This document shows positions 27,636-37,868 of a stretch of 64,000 bases of DNA, piece after piece. Every line of letters starts with the position of its first letter. Position 1 is the first letter of the stretch. The translations under genes and the position numbers were made by a program. The DNA is from Verrucomicrobiota bacterium (GTDB taxonomy: Bacteria; Verrucomicrobiota; Verrucomicrobiia; Verrucomicrobiales; DEV007), in NCBI GenBank assembly GCA_045046875.1, contig JASFYY010000050.1:54699-118698 (forward strand), in the 5' to 3' direction. The notes under the pieces were generated by a model. It was given only the letters and a program-made list of their open reading frames with translations, was not told the DNA's origin and made no database searches.

Positions 27636-29528
27636 TTAATTCGTGAAGGGCCACAACCAGGGGATGAGGAAGGTGGCGGCGATCCAGAGGATGAGATTGA
27701 GGGGGACGCCGATTTTTGGAAAGTCGGTGAATTTGTAGCCGCCGGCGCCATAAACGTAGGTATTGGTCTGGTAACCAATCGGGGTGGCAAAACTGGCGCT
27801 GCACCCGAACATCAGGGCGACGATGAAGGGACGGGCATCGACGTCGAGAGTGGCGGCGATGCCGATGATGACGGGGGTTAAGAGGGCGGCAACGGCGTTG
27901 TTACTGATCAGTTCTGTTAGGATTGAACTGAGCAGATAGATCACGCTGAGAATGACTACGGGGCTGTAGGAACCGACGACTTTCATCACGCCGCTGACCA
28001 TCAGTGAGGCGGCTCCGGTTTGATCCATCGCTAGACCGAGGGCGAGCATGCCGAAGATGAGGAAGACGATGTTCCATTGCACCGCGTCATAAGCCTGTTG
28101 AGGTGTTAGGCATTGGGTCAGGATCATGGCGATCGCTGCGATGATAGCGACGGCAGGAATGGGCAACATCGGTAGTTGCAGCGCGGCTCCGAGGACAAAA
28201 GCGGCGGTGACGGCAATGCCGGTCCAGAGTTTGGCCGGGCGGATGGTGACTTCGGGGGCTTCGGTGATGGTGACAAAGTCGTTGGATTTCTGGATCCGGT
28301 TGATCGCTTCTGCGGGGCCTTCCATCAACAGAGTGTCGCCGAATTGGAGGCGCACAGTGTCGAAGTCTTTGTTGATGTTAGCGCCCTGACGGTGAATGGC
28401 GAGTACGTGGATGCGGTGGCTGCGACGGAAGCCGATTTGGCGCAGGGTTTTGCCGACAAAAGAGGAGCGTGGGCCGACGATGCCTTCGATCAGTTGCAGT
28501 TCGCGGGTTTCGAGTTCCTTGAGGTTGAGGTTTTTTTGCTCGGCAAAACGAACACCTTCGGCTTCGTAAAGTTCCTTGAAACTGGTGCCGTGCAGGGTGA
28601 GCAAGAGGCGATCGCCTTGGCGTACGGTGAGTTGGTTGAGCGGGATGTCGAGGGTTTTCCCTCGTCGCCGGACTTCGAGAATCTGGGCGCTGGGTATTTC
28701 TTTTAACAAAGTGTCGGTGAGGACTTTATCGATCAGGGGCGAGTCTTTTTCGACCGAAAACTGGGTGAGGAAGCTGCGCACTTCGGCGGGTTCGATCAGT
28801 TCGGCGAGGGAGGAGCGCTGGGGCAGCAGTTTGCGTCCGATGAAGATCAGGTAGATGAAACCAATAGCGGCATAGATAAGGCCGAGTTTGCTGACTTCGA
28901 ACATGGTGAAGGGTTCCAAGCCGTAGTCCTGGGCGACGCCGTCGATGATAAGGTTGGTCGAGGTGCCGGTGAGGGTGCAGGTGCCGCCGAGGATGGAAGC
29001 AAAGGAAAGGGGGATGAGTAGGCGCGAGGCCTTCAAGCCGGTGGCGCGGGCGTGGGAGAGTACGATGGGCAGGAAGACGACCACGATGGGAGTGTTATTG
29101 ACAAAAGCGGAGAGCACCGCGGCCATTAACATCAGGATGAGCATGACGCGCAATTCGCTTTTGCCGGCGATTTTGGTGAAAAAACGCCCCATAACATCGA
29201 TGGTGCCGGTGCGTTCGAGGCCAGCGCTGAGCACAAACATGCAGGCGATAGTGATCGGGGCGCCGTTGGAGAATACACTGAGCAAACCTCGGTGGCGTAG
29301 CAGTCGCACGCTCTCACCGTCGATGAGCTGGCGCTCGAGCACATCGGTCAGCGGCAGCAGGCCGAGGATGAGGATGGCGCCGAGGGCGGACAGGGCGACC
29401 ACTTCGGGCGGTGCCCACTCACGAAAAAAGCCGAGCACGACGAAGACCAGCAGCAGGCAGACGGCGATGACGGGAAGGTTGAGGGTAGGAAATAGTGGCT
29501 GGATGAAGTCGATCATGCTTGCTGGCAA
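27636..29528 (-). CDS. SLC13/DASS family permease with TrkA-C domains
   Basis: SAFVNNTP, SILGGTCTLTGTSTN, TELISNNA, FATPIGYQTN, GGYKFTDF; two central TrkA-C-like domains. Confidence 0.92.
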   Translation of the reverse strand: MPASMIDFIQPLFPTLNLPVIAVCLLLVFVVLGFFREWAPPEVVALSALGAILILGLLPLTDVLERQLIDGESVRLLRHRGLLSVFSNGAPITIACMFVLSAGLERTGTIDVMGRFFTKIAGKSELRVMLILMLMAAVLSAFVNNTPIVVVFLPIVLSHARATGLKASRLLIPLSFASILGGTCTLTGTSTNLIIDGVAQDYGLEPFTMFEVSKLGLIYAAIGFIYLIFIGRKLLPQRSSLAELIEPAEVRSFLTQFSVEKDSPLIDKVLTDTLLKEIPSAQILEVRRRGKTLDIPLNQLTVRQGDRLLLTLHGTSFKELYEAEGVRFAEQKNLNLKELETRELQLIEGIVGPRSSFVGKTLRQIGFRRSHRIHVLAIHRQGANINKDFDTVRLQFGDTLLMEGPAEAINRIQKSNDFVTITEAPEVTIRPAKLWTGIAVTAAFVLGAALQLPMLPIPAVAIIAAIAMILTQCLTPQQAYDAVQWNIVFLIFGMLALGLAMDQTGAASLMVSGVMKVVGSYSPVVILSVIYLLSSILTELISNNAVAALLTPVIIGIAATLDVDARPFIVALMFGCSASFATPIGYQTNTYVYGAGGYKFTDFPKIGVPLNLILWIAATFLIPWLWPFTN

Positions 29529-29539
29529 TTAAGAAAAGG

Positions 29540-29692
29540 AACCACGGATAGCGCAGCCGAGCGTAGCGAGACAGCCGGAGGAAACTATGCGAAGGCAAAT
29601 GTACACGGATAAGAGAAGGTGAAATAGGAAATGGAATTGCGGATGATACAGCTGACCCACGGATAGTCGGAGGTTATTTCTCGAAGGCAAAT
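29540..29692 (+). repeat. Interrupted 10-nt-unit arms with inserted module
   Basis: aaccacggat ... gtacacggat with gccgagcgtagcgagacagccggag inserted; partial second copy acccacggat...cgaaggcaaat. Confidence 0.55.
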
Positions 29693-29771
29693 AAGGGAAG
29701 CTGAATTAGGTGTTTTGTTTTAGATTGTAATTTTCCCGTATTTTTCTGTTAAGGTGCCATATTGTAAAAGA

Positions 29772-30098
29772 ATGAAAAAGCGTGAACCTAGCGAATTTGA
29801 GCAACGTGTCTATGACGCAACCCGACGGATTCCCAAAGGTAAGGTGACGACCTACAAGTTGCTGGCGACCGAACTGGGCTGCGGCTCGAATCAGGCGGTG
29901 GGGCAGGCTTTGAAGCGCAACCCTTTTGCTCCCGAAGTGCCGTGTCACCGGGTGGTGCGCACGGATCTGACGATTGGTGGCTTTTATGGGCAGACCGAGG
30001 GCAGGGAGATCGTTCGCAAGAAAAAGATGCTGGAGCAAGAAGGGGTGGATCTGGATGGACGCGGGCGGGTGCCGGCGGATTTGGTGTTTGGTTATTGA
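29772..30098 (+). CDS. Single-domain MGMT (O6-alkylguanine-DNA alkyltransferase) family protein
   Basis: IPKGKVTTY..LA, QAVGQAL, active-site PCHRVV, K..LEQEG. Confidence 0.9.
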   Translation: MKKREPSEFEQRVYDATRRIPKGKVTTYKLLATELGCGSNQAVGQALKRNPFAPEVPCHRVVRTDLTIGGFYGQTEGREIVRKKKMLEQEGVDLDGRGRVPADLVFGY

Positions 30099-30104
30099 TT
30101 TTTT

Positions 30105-30431
30105 TTGATGATGGAGGATCCCGAGGATATTTTTCGCCGCCAACTCGCGGATAACTTGAAGGATTTGGCGAGTTTGCGTATGCCTTTTGGCAAATATGGG
30201 CCAGGGGCGTGTCCTCCGAAGGGCATGCCACTCTACGATTTGCCCTTGGACTATCTGCATTGGTTTCTTGAGCGTGGCGGCGGTTTTCCAAAAGGACGTT
30301 TGGGGGAGTTGATGGAGTTTGTTTATCACGTGAAGAGTGCCGGAGCTGGCGAGGTGTTTGCGTCCTTGCGAGAGGCGGCCGGGGGGAGGAAAACGACCAA
30401 GCGTCCGAGGAAGCGCGAGTTTAAGTTTTAG
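30105..30431 (+). CDS. DUF3820 family protein
   Basis: MPFGKY, DLP..YL.WF, FPKGRLGELM. Confidence 0.8.
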   Translation: MMMEDPEDIFRRQLADNLKDLASLRMPFGKYGPGACPPKGMPLYDLPLDYLHWFLERGGGFPKGRLGELMEFVYHVKSAGAGEVFASLREAAGGRKTTKRPRKREFKF

Positions 30432-30486
30432 AAGGGTTCACGCATTACTGTTATCCTGTTGGAACCATTCGGTTTTGGTGGATAAT

Positions 30487-30518
30487 AAAATTGACTATTT
30501 TTTTGGTCATTTTATATT
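30487..30518 (+). promoter_or_regulatory. Predicted TA promoter with operator inverted repeat
   Basis: TTGACT (30491)-16 nt-TATATT (30513); tgacta/tggtca imperfect IR overlaps it; ATG 6 nt downstream. Confidence 0.55.
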
Positions 30519-30524
30519 ACATTC

Positions 30525-30824
30525 ATGATTGCGGAAGAAATCAGTAGCAAAAGAGTGACGGTTTCGGATTTCAAGGCTCATTGCACCGAGTATCTGCGGG
30601 GATTGGAAAAGGGGAACGAAATTCTTGAAATCACTCGCCATGGTAAGGTAGTGGCTTTGGTCAAAAAACCCGAAGACGAGCAACCAGAGGGACCCCGGAC
30701 CATTGCCGAGCTTATGGGCAGCATGCGCGGTACGGTCATCTTCGCCGATGACTATGACCCTGACGAACCTACTTTTGCGCCTGAAGACTGGGAGGATCAC
30801 CCAGCCAATCAAAGTGAGGAATGA
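30525..30824 (+). CDS. Phd/YefM family antitoxin
   Basis: VTVSDFKAH...ITRHGKVVALV; 4-nt overlap with the PIN gene. Confidence 0.88.
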   Translation: MIAEEISSKRVTVSDFKAHCTEYLRGLEKGNEILEITRHGKVVALVKKPEDEQPEGPRTIAELMGSMRGTVIFADDYDPDEPTFAPEDWEDHPANQSEE

Positions 30825-31213
30825 ATTATCTATTGGATACCAATGCCTGGTTGAATTTGATTCAGGCTCCTGAAAACATTTCCCCTGTCGCACTTAAGGT
30901 CATCACCGGGCAAACCACTATTGCGCTTTCCCCGATCAGTATCGTAGAAGTCGCCCAAAAACAGACCAAGGGGAAGTTGGAACTGACCGCTCCATTGGAA
31001 GAATGGATTGACCGTGCACTTTTTTCAGGGATCAAGTTGCTTCCGATCACGGCAGACATAGCTTGTGATGCTTACCGCATCCCTGATTTTCACGGTGACC
31101 CTGCTGATAGGATCATCGCAGCTACCGCGCGCAGGCATCGACTTACGCTCATTACATCCGACAAACTCATACTGAAGCATATCGATGTGAAAACGCTTTC
31201 AACGAGGGCTTAG
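30821..31213 (+). CDS. vapC: VapC/PIN toxin
   Basis: YLLDTN, S.ISIVE, HGDPADRIIAATA, LITSD. Confidence 0.9.
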   Translation: MNYLLDTNAWLNLIQAPENISPVALKVITGQTTIALSPISIVEVAQKQTKGKLELTAPLEEWIDRALFSGIKLLPITADIACDAYRIPDFHGDPADRIIAATARRHRLTLITSDKLILKHIDVKTLSTRA

Positions 31214-31245
31214 TTAAGTGTTAAACTCTGAAAATTTTTAAACAA

Positions 31246-32634
31246 ATGACTACAAAACGATCGATGGTGAAATCTCTGCTGGCGGCTGAAGAGGCTTCTT
31301 CGCTGGTAAGGGTGCAGGGCTGGGTGCGAACCAAGCGCGACTCGAAGGCTTTTTCTTTTGTGGAAATCAACGATGGCTCTTGTCTGGCAAATATTCAGGT
31401 GATCGTCGATGCCACGGTGCCGGGTTATGAAGCATCGATTTTGCCGCTGAGAACCGGGGCTTCGATCGAGGTCGAGGGTGAGCTGGTGGAATCGCAGGGC
31501 AAGGGGCAGAAGTGGGAGATGGTGGCGAAGTCGGTGATCGTTCATGGTCAGGCGGATGAGGATTACCCACTGCAGAAAAAAGGGCACAAAGCGGAGTTTC
31601 TGCGTTCGATTGCGCATTTGCGTCCGCGCTCGAACTTGTTTGGTTGTGTGTTCCGAGTGCGCAGTCGTCTGGCTTATGCGGTGCATCAGTTTTTTCAGCA
31701 GCGGGATTTTGTCAATGTGCATACGCCGATCATCACTGCTAGTGACTGTGAGGGCGCGGGGGAGATGTTCCAAGTGAAGACGCTCTCAGGTGAGGCTGGG
31801 CAGGAAGGGGCGGCTAAAAATGGTGAAGAAGAGTTTTTTGGTAAACCGGCCTTTTTGACGGTGAGTGGTCAGTTGGAAGGTGAAACTTTTGCCTGTGCGC
31901 TGTCGAACATCTACACCTTTGGACCGACCTTCCGTGCGGAGAATTCACATACTACAAGGCATGCGAGTGAGTTCTGGATGATCGAACCGGAGATGGCTTT
32001 TTGTGACCTGGAGGCGGACATGACACTGGCGGAAGAACTGGTGAAATACCTGGTCTGCGATGTGTTGGAACATTGCGCTGAGGATTTGCAGTTGTTTGGC
32101 AAGTTTGTTGATAAAGCTTTGATGGAGCGCCTGCATTTTGTGCGTGACCGTTCTTTTGAGCGAGTGACTTATACCGAGGCGGTGGAGTTGTTGAAGGGCT
32201 CGGGGCAGAAGTTTGAGTTTCCGGTCGAGTATGGAGCGAATTTGCAATCCGAGCACGAGCGTTATTTAACCGAGCAGCATTTTAAATGTCCGGTGACGGT
32301 TTATAATTATCCGAAGGAGATCAAGCCTTTTTACATGCGGCTCAACGATGATGACAAGACGGTGGCGGCGATGGATCTGCTGGTGCCGGGCATTGGGGAG
32401 ATTGTTGGCGGCAGTCAGCGGGAGGAGCGTTTGGATATTTTGCGTGGCAATATGGAGCGGGAGGGCTTGGCGGAGGAGGAGTATTGGTGGTATGTCGATC
32501 TGCGGCGCTATGGTACGGTTCCGCACGCTGGGTTTGGGCTGGGTTTTGAGCGCATGTTGATGTTTGTCACGGGAGTGGCGAATATACGTGACGTGATTCC
32601 CTTTCCGAGAGTGCCGGGTTGGGCGGAGTTTTGA
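31246..32634 (+). CDS. asnS: Asparagine-tRNA ligase
   Basis: [57 protein letters not shown]. Confidence 0.97.
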   Translation: MTTKRSMVKSLLAAEEASSLVRVQGWVRTKRDSKAFSFVEINDGSCLANIQVIVDATVPGYEASILPLRTGASIEVEGELVESQGKGQKWEMVAKSVIVHGQADEDYPLQKKGHKAEFLRSIAHLRPRSNLFGCVFRVRSRLAYAVHQFFQQRDFVNVHTPIITASDCEGAGEMFQVKTLSGEAGQEGAAKNGEEEFFGKPAFLTVSGQLEGETFACALSNIYTFGPTFRAENSHTTRHASEFWMIEPEMAFCDLEADMTLAEELVKYLVCDVLEHCAEDLQLFGKFVDKALMERLHFVRDRSFERVTYTEAVELLKGSGQKFEFPVEYGANLQSEHERYLTEQHFKCPVTVYNYPKEIKPFYMRLNDDDKTVAAMDLLVPGIGEIVGGSQREERLDILRGNMEREGLAEEEYWWYVDLRRYGTVPHAGFGLGFERMLMFVTGVANIRDVIPFPRVPGWAEF

Positions 32635-32763
32635 AGTACGGGGAGGAAGGGTTTGACCACGGCTGGAATGGTGAGGAGCAAAAGGTCTCAGGGCAGCCTC
32701 CTTCGTCTAGCCTTTGGTGTTCAATGCGCAGAGGGGTACAAGATGGGGATTGGGGGGCGAGAG

Positions 32764-33306
32764 TTATTTGCCTTCTTTGACAGTTTTCGGGTCGGATTTT
32801 TTCTTATAAACAAGGTCTAATAGGCAAAGATTGTCGGAGGTTCCGTTGATGAGGGATATGATAAAGCCTTCGCTGTCGCTGAGCCAAGTGCCTGTCGGGG
32901 CAAAACCGTAGAGTTGCTTGAATCCTTTAGGAACCTCGAATTCACCGTTGACCGTTTGTTGCTGCGAATAAAGATTTTGATAACGGAGACAGTATTTCAG
33001 TCGCTTTGTATTTTCATCGCCGGTAGGAATCCATATGAAGATTTTAACTTTAGTTCCAGCTGGGATTCCATCAAAGTCTAGGCCCGAGGCTTGATATAGA
33101 TTTCCTTCTTGCTGCTTGTCTGAGATGCGCCATTGGGTTGTCAGAATTTCGTTCTCCTCGAGGTCACCCGGGATCTCGACATTCCAGTAGAGAATGTTGG
33201 AAATGGCATGGAGGTCATCTGCGGTGATGGGGGCAGCTTTTTGTCCGTTTGCATTTAAAAACGGCAAGAAGATTGAAATGGCAATGAGGTAGATAGTTGA
33301 CTTCAT
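32764..33306 (-). CDS. Hypothetical exported protein
   Basis: Signal peptide MKSTIYLIAISIFLPFLNANG; AT-richer than flanks. Confidence 0.65.
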   Translation of the reverse strand: MKSTIYLIAISIFLPFLNANGQKAAPITADDLHAISNILYWNVEIPGDLEENEILTTQWRISDKQQEGNLYQASGLDFDGIPAGTKVKIFIWIPTGDENTKRLKYCLRYQNLYSQQQTVNGEFEVPKGFKQLYGFAPTGTWLSDSEGFIISLINGTSDNLCLLDLVYKKKSDPKTVKEGK

Positions 33307-33329
33307 TTAGTGCTGGCTGTGGGGGGCTC

Positions 33330-33914
33330 TTAATCTTTAGGACTGGCGATTTTTCTCAGGATGATAGGGGTTTGGTAATCAAACAGTTCTGAATTTTTGG
33401 AACCACTGATTAGTTTTAGTAAGGTATTGGCATCACTGCTTATATTGACGTCAGTGGTGTATTTGCCGGGTTTGATTTTTCCGCTTAGCAATTTTTCCTT
33501 GATGGCATTTTCAAAGGCCTTGGAATCAGGGAGCCAGACAATCAAATCTCCCTGCTCGGTAAATTTATACTGGGCAAAGTAGTAGTTTTTCATCCATTGA
33601 CCCTTTTCCTTGGCACGTAAACTGATGAACTTGTATTCGCCTTTTTCTGCAACGGTCATCTCCATGGTTTCTATCTCAAAGTGGCCGTCTTTCCATTCTA
33701 AAGCGGCAATTTGAGCAATACCATTATCGTCAAATTTGACTTGTAAGCTATTGCCTTTTCCGTCAACGAGCCAAGTGCCTTCGAATTTTTCTTTATCGAT
33801 GGCTTTGGGCTTAGATGTCAGGGGTTGTGTCGTGGTGACGGAGGAGCACTGGCATAACAGTAGCAGGGCGCAGAGGGTTAGCAGTAGAGAGGTGATGGTG
33901 CGTTTGCTTTTCAT
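33330..33914 (-). CDS. Hypothetical lipoprotein
   Basis: MKSKR plus hydrophobic core and LCQC lipobox-like site. Confidence 0.65.
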   Translation of the reverse strand: MKSKRTITSLLLTLCALLLLCQCSSVTTTQPLTSKPKAIDKEKFEGTWLVDGKGNSLQVKFDDNGIAQIAALEWKDGHFEIETMEMTVAEKGEYKFISLRAKEKGQWMKNYYFAQYKFTEQGDLIVWLPDSKAFENAIKEKLLSGKIKPGKYTTDVNISSDANTLLKLISGSKNSELFDYQTPIILRKIASPKD

Positions 33915-34534
33915 GGTGTTGTTTGGAAATATTCTTTGAGCCCTTCGAGCACATGGGTGGCGGCGATGGAAGCCAGGATCAGTCCCATGACGCGACTGAT
34001 GATACTAGCGCCACCGCTACCGATAACTTTTGAAATTTTTCCTGCGGCAAGCATCAGTAGGCAACTGATGCCCACTACCAGTAGAACTAATGCGGAAGTG
34101 ATCATTTGATGCGGGATGGAGTGGTGGCTGTTTTCGGTGAGCAAAACCACAGCCATCATTGCGCCTGGACTGGCGATGGATGGGGTGGAGAGGGGAAAAA
34201 TGGCGGTATCGCTGACACTGCGGGTTAATTTCACCTCACCTTCCGGTTTACTTTCGCCAAATATCATGGTTAGGGCGAATAGAAATAAAACCAAGCCGCC
34301 GGCGATCTGGAAAGCCAGCAAGGGCACGCCCATCGCTTGCAGCAGGACTTCTCCCACGATCACAAAAAATAGCAGGATGCCAGCGGCGGCGCCAGCGGCG
34401 AGCAGAGCTATTTTACGCTGCTCGCTGGGCGAGCGATCCTGAGTGGCAGCGATGAACACGGGGATGGTGCCGATGGGATCGATGACCGCCCAAAGCAGGA
34501 TGAAGGTGCTGAGCATTTCCTGGGTATTTTGCAT
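33911..34534 (-). CDS. MarC family membrane protein
   Basis: IDPIG.IPVF, FQIAGG, FPL.TP.IA.PG, ISRVMGLILA. Confidence 0.92.
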   Translation of the reverse strand: MQNTQEMLSTFILLWAVIDPIGTIPVFIAATQDRSPSEQRKIALLAAGAAAGILLFFVIVGEVLLQAMGVPLLAFQIAGGLVLFLFALTMIFGESKPEGEVKLTRSVSDTAIFPLSTPSIASPGAMMAVVLLTENSHHSIPHQMITSALVLLVVGISCLLMLAAGKISKVIGSGGASIISRVMGLILASIAATHVLEGLKEYFQTTP

Positions 34535-34600
34535 GATGGTAGTTGTCTGTGAGCAATGAAGGTTGGGAAAGGGAAGTTAATAACAGTAGAGTGCTGCTTA

Positions 34601-36061
34601 TCATTTACGCTTGTTTGGTTTTTTCTTAAAGTGCCTTTTGAATCGGGCGGCGTATTCCGGGCGTTTTTCCCAGTCTTTGAAAAAAGGCTGGTAACGTTCG
34701 TCATCCATCCAGAAATGGGATGAGGGCTCGTTTTCACTAACTGCTCTTTCGGGATAGTCGCTACCCTCGATGCTGGCATCTACTGTAGCATTCCATTTTT
34801 TGAAGGCGGCTTTCATCTTGGTGAAAATGTCGGGATATTGGTTGGAGATGTTTTTCGTTTCTTTTGGGTCGCTAGACAGGTCATACAACTCGAACTGATT
34901 TTTATCGATGTGGGTTGCTACCAGTTTGTATTGGTTGTCGATCAGCGCACCTTTGCCAGCATAGCGGAAGGGGATGGGAGCGTCCCTTTTGGTAAGCTCA
35001 TGCTCAAAAAGAGGCTTCAGACTGATGCCGTCCACCGGATCAAGTAGGACGGAATCAGGCAAGTTGAGAATGTCTGCGATGGTCGGAAAAATATCCATCG
35101 TCGAGGCAGGGTAGTTAGTGATGCGGGCTTTGATGACTGCTGGCCATTCGATGATGCCCGGCACTCGCAGTCCGCCTTCCCAAACAGAGCCTTTGTTGCC
35201 TCGTAGTCCTCCCACCGTGTCTAGGGGGATCTCTGGCAAACCGCCGTTATCGCTACAAAACCAGACCAAGGTGTTGTCTGCGATTTTCATTTCGCGCAAA
35301 CTTTTGCGCAGGACGCCCAGCGCCCGGTCAAAGGCGACCAGTTCACCGTGATGATGTTGGCTTTTTTCATCCATGTGACTAAAAGGCTTGCGATCAGCTT
35401 CGCTGGCGAGCCATGGGGAATGCGGAGAGCCATCCCAGATGACGGCGAGAAAGGGAGTGTTTTTCTCCTTGGCTACGCGGATAAATTTCAAGGCTTCGGT
35501 GACGATGATGGCTGAGCTGTCACCTTTGAATTCTTCGAATTCCCCTTGGCGACTCATGACCGGATCAATGTCAAAGAAGTTGGTGACGGTCAGCCATTGG
35601 TCAAAACCAAATGCGCCGGGGTTATGGGAATCGTCACCCAGTACAGGCACTCCTGGTCCCCGCAGCCCGTTGAGGTGCCATTTGCCAAAATGTGCAGTGG
35701 CATAACCGGCGGATTTTAATGCGGCTGGCAGGGTGCGTTCTTGCAGACGCAAGGCGTGGCCGTGAGAGGGCACACCCGTTCTGTGATTGGCTCTGCCGGT
35801 GAGAACGCTGGCACGGGTGGGGGAGCAAACGGGCGCACCGGCGTAGAAACGATCAAAGCGCAAGCCGTTGGCAGCCATGGCGTCCAGATTGGGGGTTTTG
35901 AGAACCGGATGATGGTAATAGCCGGTTTGGCCCCACCCCTGGTCGTCGGTCATGATCAGGATGATGTTGGGTGGGGTGGTCGGTGGCGCAGCGCAGAATG
36001 AAGCTTTGGTGAAAACCAGCAAGACTAGGGAAAGAGTGACGAGGATGATCTGTTTGAACAT
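34601..36061 (-). CDS. Sulfatase (S1)
   Basis: Signal peptide, PNIILIMTDDQG, CSPTR, GKWHL, SDNG, WEGGLRVP; start at MFKQII. Confidence 0.94.
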   Translation of the reverse strand: MFKQIILVTLSLVLLVFTKASFCAAPPTTPPNIILIMTDDQGWGQTGYYHHPVLKTPNLDAMAANGLRFDRFYAGAPVCSPTRASVLTGRANHRTGVPSHGHALRLQERTLPAALKSAGYATAHFGKWHLNGLRGPGVPVLGDDSHNPGAFGFDQWLTVTNFFDIDPVMSRQGEFEEFKGDSSAIIVTEALKFIRVAKEKNTPFLAVIWDGSPHSPWLASEADRKPFSHMDEKSQHHHGELVAFDRALGVLRKSLREMKIADNTLVWFCSDNGGLPEIPLDTVGGLRGNKGSVWEGGLRVPGIIEWPAVIKARITNYPASTMDIFPTIADILNLPDSVLLDPVDGISLKPLFEHELTKRDAPIPFRYAGKGALIDNQYKLVATHIDKNQFELYDLSSDPKETKNISNQYPDIFTKMKAAFKKWNATVDASIEGSDYPERAVSENEPSSHFWMDDERYQPFFKDWEKRPEYAARFKRHFKKKPNKRK

Positions 36062-36232
36062 AGCGTGGGAGGGATGGTGCGGGTCTATTGGTGATGGGCG
36101 ATGAATGCATAGGTTGAAAACAAAACCGATGTTGATGAGTCGTCTGGTCATGTGGGAATCATGTGTTTAATATGATATTGTCAGGAACCCTTTGTGGGGA
36201 CAAGGTGATTTCCTTTGTCTGCTTTTTTGGGA

Positions 36233-36292
36233 ATCAGTGTCTATCAGTGGTTAAATATTAGCTAACCACTGATCACACTGATGAGCACTGAT
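36233..36292. repeat. Head-to-head pair of 10-nt-unit arms
   Basis: atcagtgtctatcagtggtta / taaccactgatcacactgatgagcactgat; same unit as 17404-17433. Confidence 0.7.
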
Positions 36293-36360
36293 TTCTTCAG
36301 AGGGTGTAGTTTCACAAGGTTGTGCGCATATCAAAAGCGGTGGACAGCTTGGTGATTCAA

Positions 36361-36394
36361 ATAAAAAGCCTGCGCTGTAACGCAGGCTTTTTTA
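36361..36394 (-). terminator. Intrinsic terminator (possibly bidirectional)
   Basis: ataaaaagcctgcg-ctgtaa-cgcaggctttt with A/T runs on both sides; downstream of the Gfo/Idh/MocA gene. Confidence 0.85.
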
Positions 36395-36436
36395 TTAATT
36401 CAGGTTTACCTAAAAGGGCATCCTGTAACGCTTGCT

Positions 36437-37837
36437 TTATTTTTTCGCCCAAGGCAATGGCCATTGGCCGGGTTTGGCGGTGGGGTAGAGACCGTCCTTG
36501 TTCGGTACGGGCAGCGGGGCAGCGTCGAAGGCGAACTCTTTCGGCATGATACTGAAGTCTGATTTCACTGCTTCGTCCCAAGTGACGTTTTTGCCACTAT
36601 AGGTGGCGAGGCGCCCAAGCACGGTTGTGAACGAACTTTTGGCAGCGTAGTGCGCGTTGTTGATCGGTTTGTTATCACGGATGTGTTGGTGCAGAACGTC
36701 ATGTTCGATCTGATAAGGGTTTTTTGCTTTGCGGTTGCGGTAGTTCCAAACCTCCTTGCCTTTGTGGTCGACGATGCGGGCTTTGCCACTGCTGGTATAA
36801 AGAATGCCTTCACTGCCGTGGATTTCTTCTTCCACTTTGTTCATGCAGTTTTTCTGGTGACGGCACTGGCTGTTGCCAACTTTATCGCCTTCGTAGCGGA
36901 ATTCGACGTAGTGGTGATCAAAGATCTCACCGGTATTCGGTCCGACCCGAACTTCGCGTCCACCCATGCCTTGTGCAGAGATGGGGTTGCCGCCGGTTTC
37001 CGAGTTATCACTGAAGAACCAGTTGAGCACATCGATGTTGTGGATGTGCTGCTCGCAGATGTGGTCACCGCAGAGCCAGTTGAAATAATACCAGTTACGC
37101 ATCTGGTATTCCATCTCAGACCAACCGGGTTGGCGTTCGACGGTCCACACTCCACCACTGTTCCACCAGCATTGACCAGAAATGAGTTCGCCGATTTCTC
37201 CTGCACGAACTTTTTCCAGTGCTTTGAGGTAGCTGTCCTGATAGTGACGTTGCAAGCCCACCACAACCTTGAGTTTTTTCTGGTCGGCGATTTCAGCGGC
37301 TTTGATCACTTTGTTGTAACCTGCGGCATCAACGCAGACGGGTTTTTCCATGAAGATATGTTTGCCGGCTTCGACGGCAGCTTCGAAGTGGTAGGGGCGG
37401 AAACCCGGAGGCGTGGCGATGACCACGAGGTCGCAGGCGTCGATGACTTTTTTATAAGCATCAAAACCGGAGAACTGACGGCTGGCAGGCACATCCACTT
37501 GTTTGCCTTTGCCGCTTTTTTCGAGATTTTTTTGGATCACAGGCAGGCCGGTGGCGCGCACTCCGGTGCCGTCGATTTTGTCTTGGAAGGCATCGCCCAT
37601 GGCGTAGAGCTGGGCGTTGTCACTGGCGGTGAGATCCTGGACGATGGCTCCGGATCCACGTCCGCCACAGCCGATCATCCCCACTTTGATCATGTCGCTG
37701 CCGGCGACCTGGGCGTAGGATTCGATAGGTAAGGCCGAGGCGGCAGCGGTAGCGGCTGCGGTGCCGGCGATGAATTTGCGGCGTGAAGTCTGGCTTGCAG
37801 GTTCACTGGTGGGTTTTTCTTTAGTTTCGTTTTTCAT
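36437..37837 (-). CDS. Tat-exported Gfo/Idh/MocA oxidoreductase
   Basis: SRRKFI Tat motif, GCGGRG, MEKPV, GDHICEQHIHNID; start at MKNETK. Confidence 0.92.
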   Translation of the reverse strand: MKNETKEKPTSEPASQTSRRKFIAGTAAATAAASALPIESYAQVAGSDMIKVGMIGCGGRGSGAIVQDLTASDNAQLYAMGDAFQDKIDGTGVRATGLPVIQKNLEKSGKGKQVDVPASRQFSGFDAYKKVIDACDLVVIATPPGFRPYHFEAAVEAGKHIFMEKPVCVDAAGYNKVIKAAEIADQKKLKVVVGLQRHYQDSYLKALEKVRAGEIGELISGQCWWNSGGVWTVERQPGWSEMEYQMRNWYYFNWLCGDHICEQHIHNIDVLNWFFSDNSETGGNPISAQGMGGREVRVGPNTGEIFDHHYVEFRYEGDKVGNSQCRHQKNCMNKVEEEIHGSEGILYTSSGKARIVDHKGKEVWNYRNRKAKNPYQIEHDVLHQHIRDNKPINNAHYAAKSSFTTVLGRLATYSGKNVTWDEAVKSDFSIMPKEFAFDAAPLPVPNKDGLYPTAKPGQWPLPWAKK

Positions 37838-37868
37838 AAATATGGTGAGGTTGAAATTTGTGTGCGGT

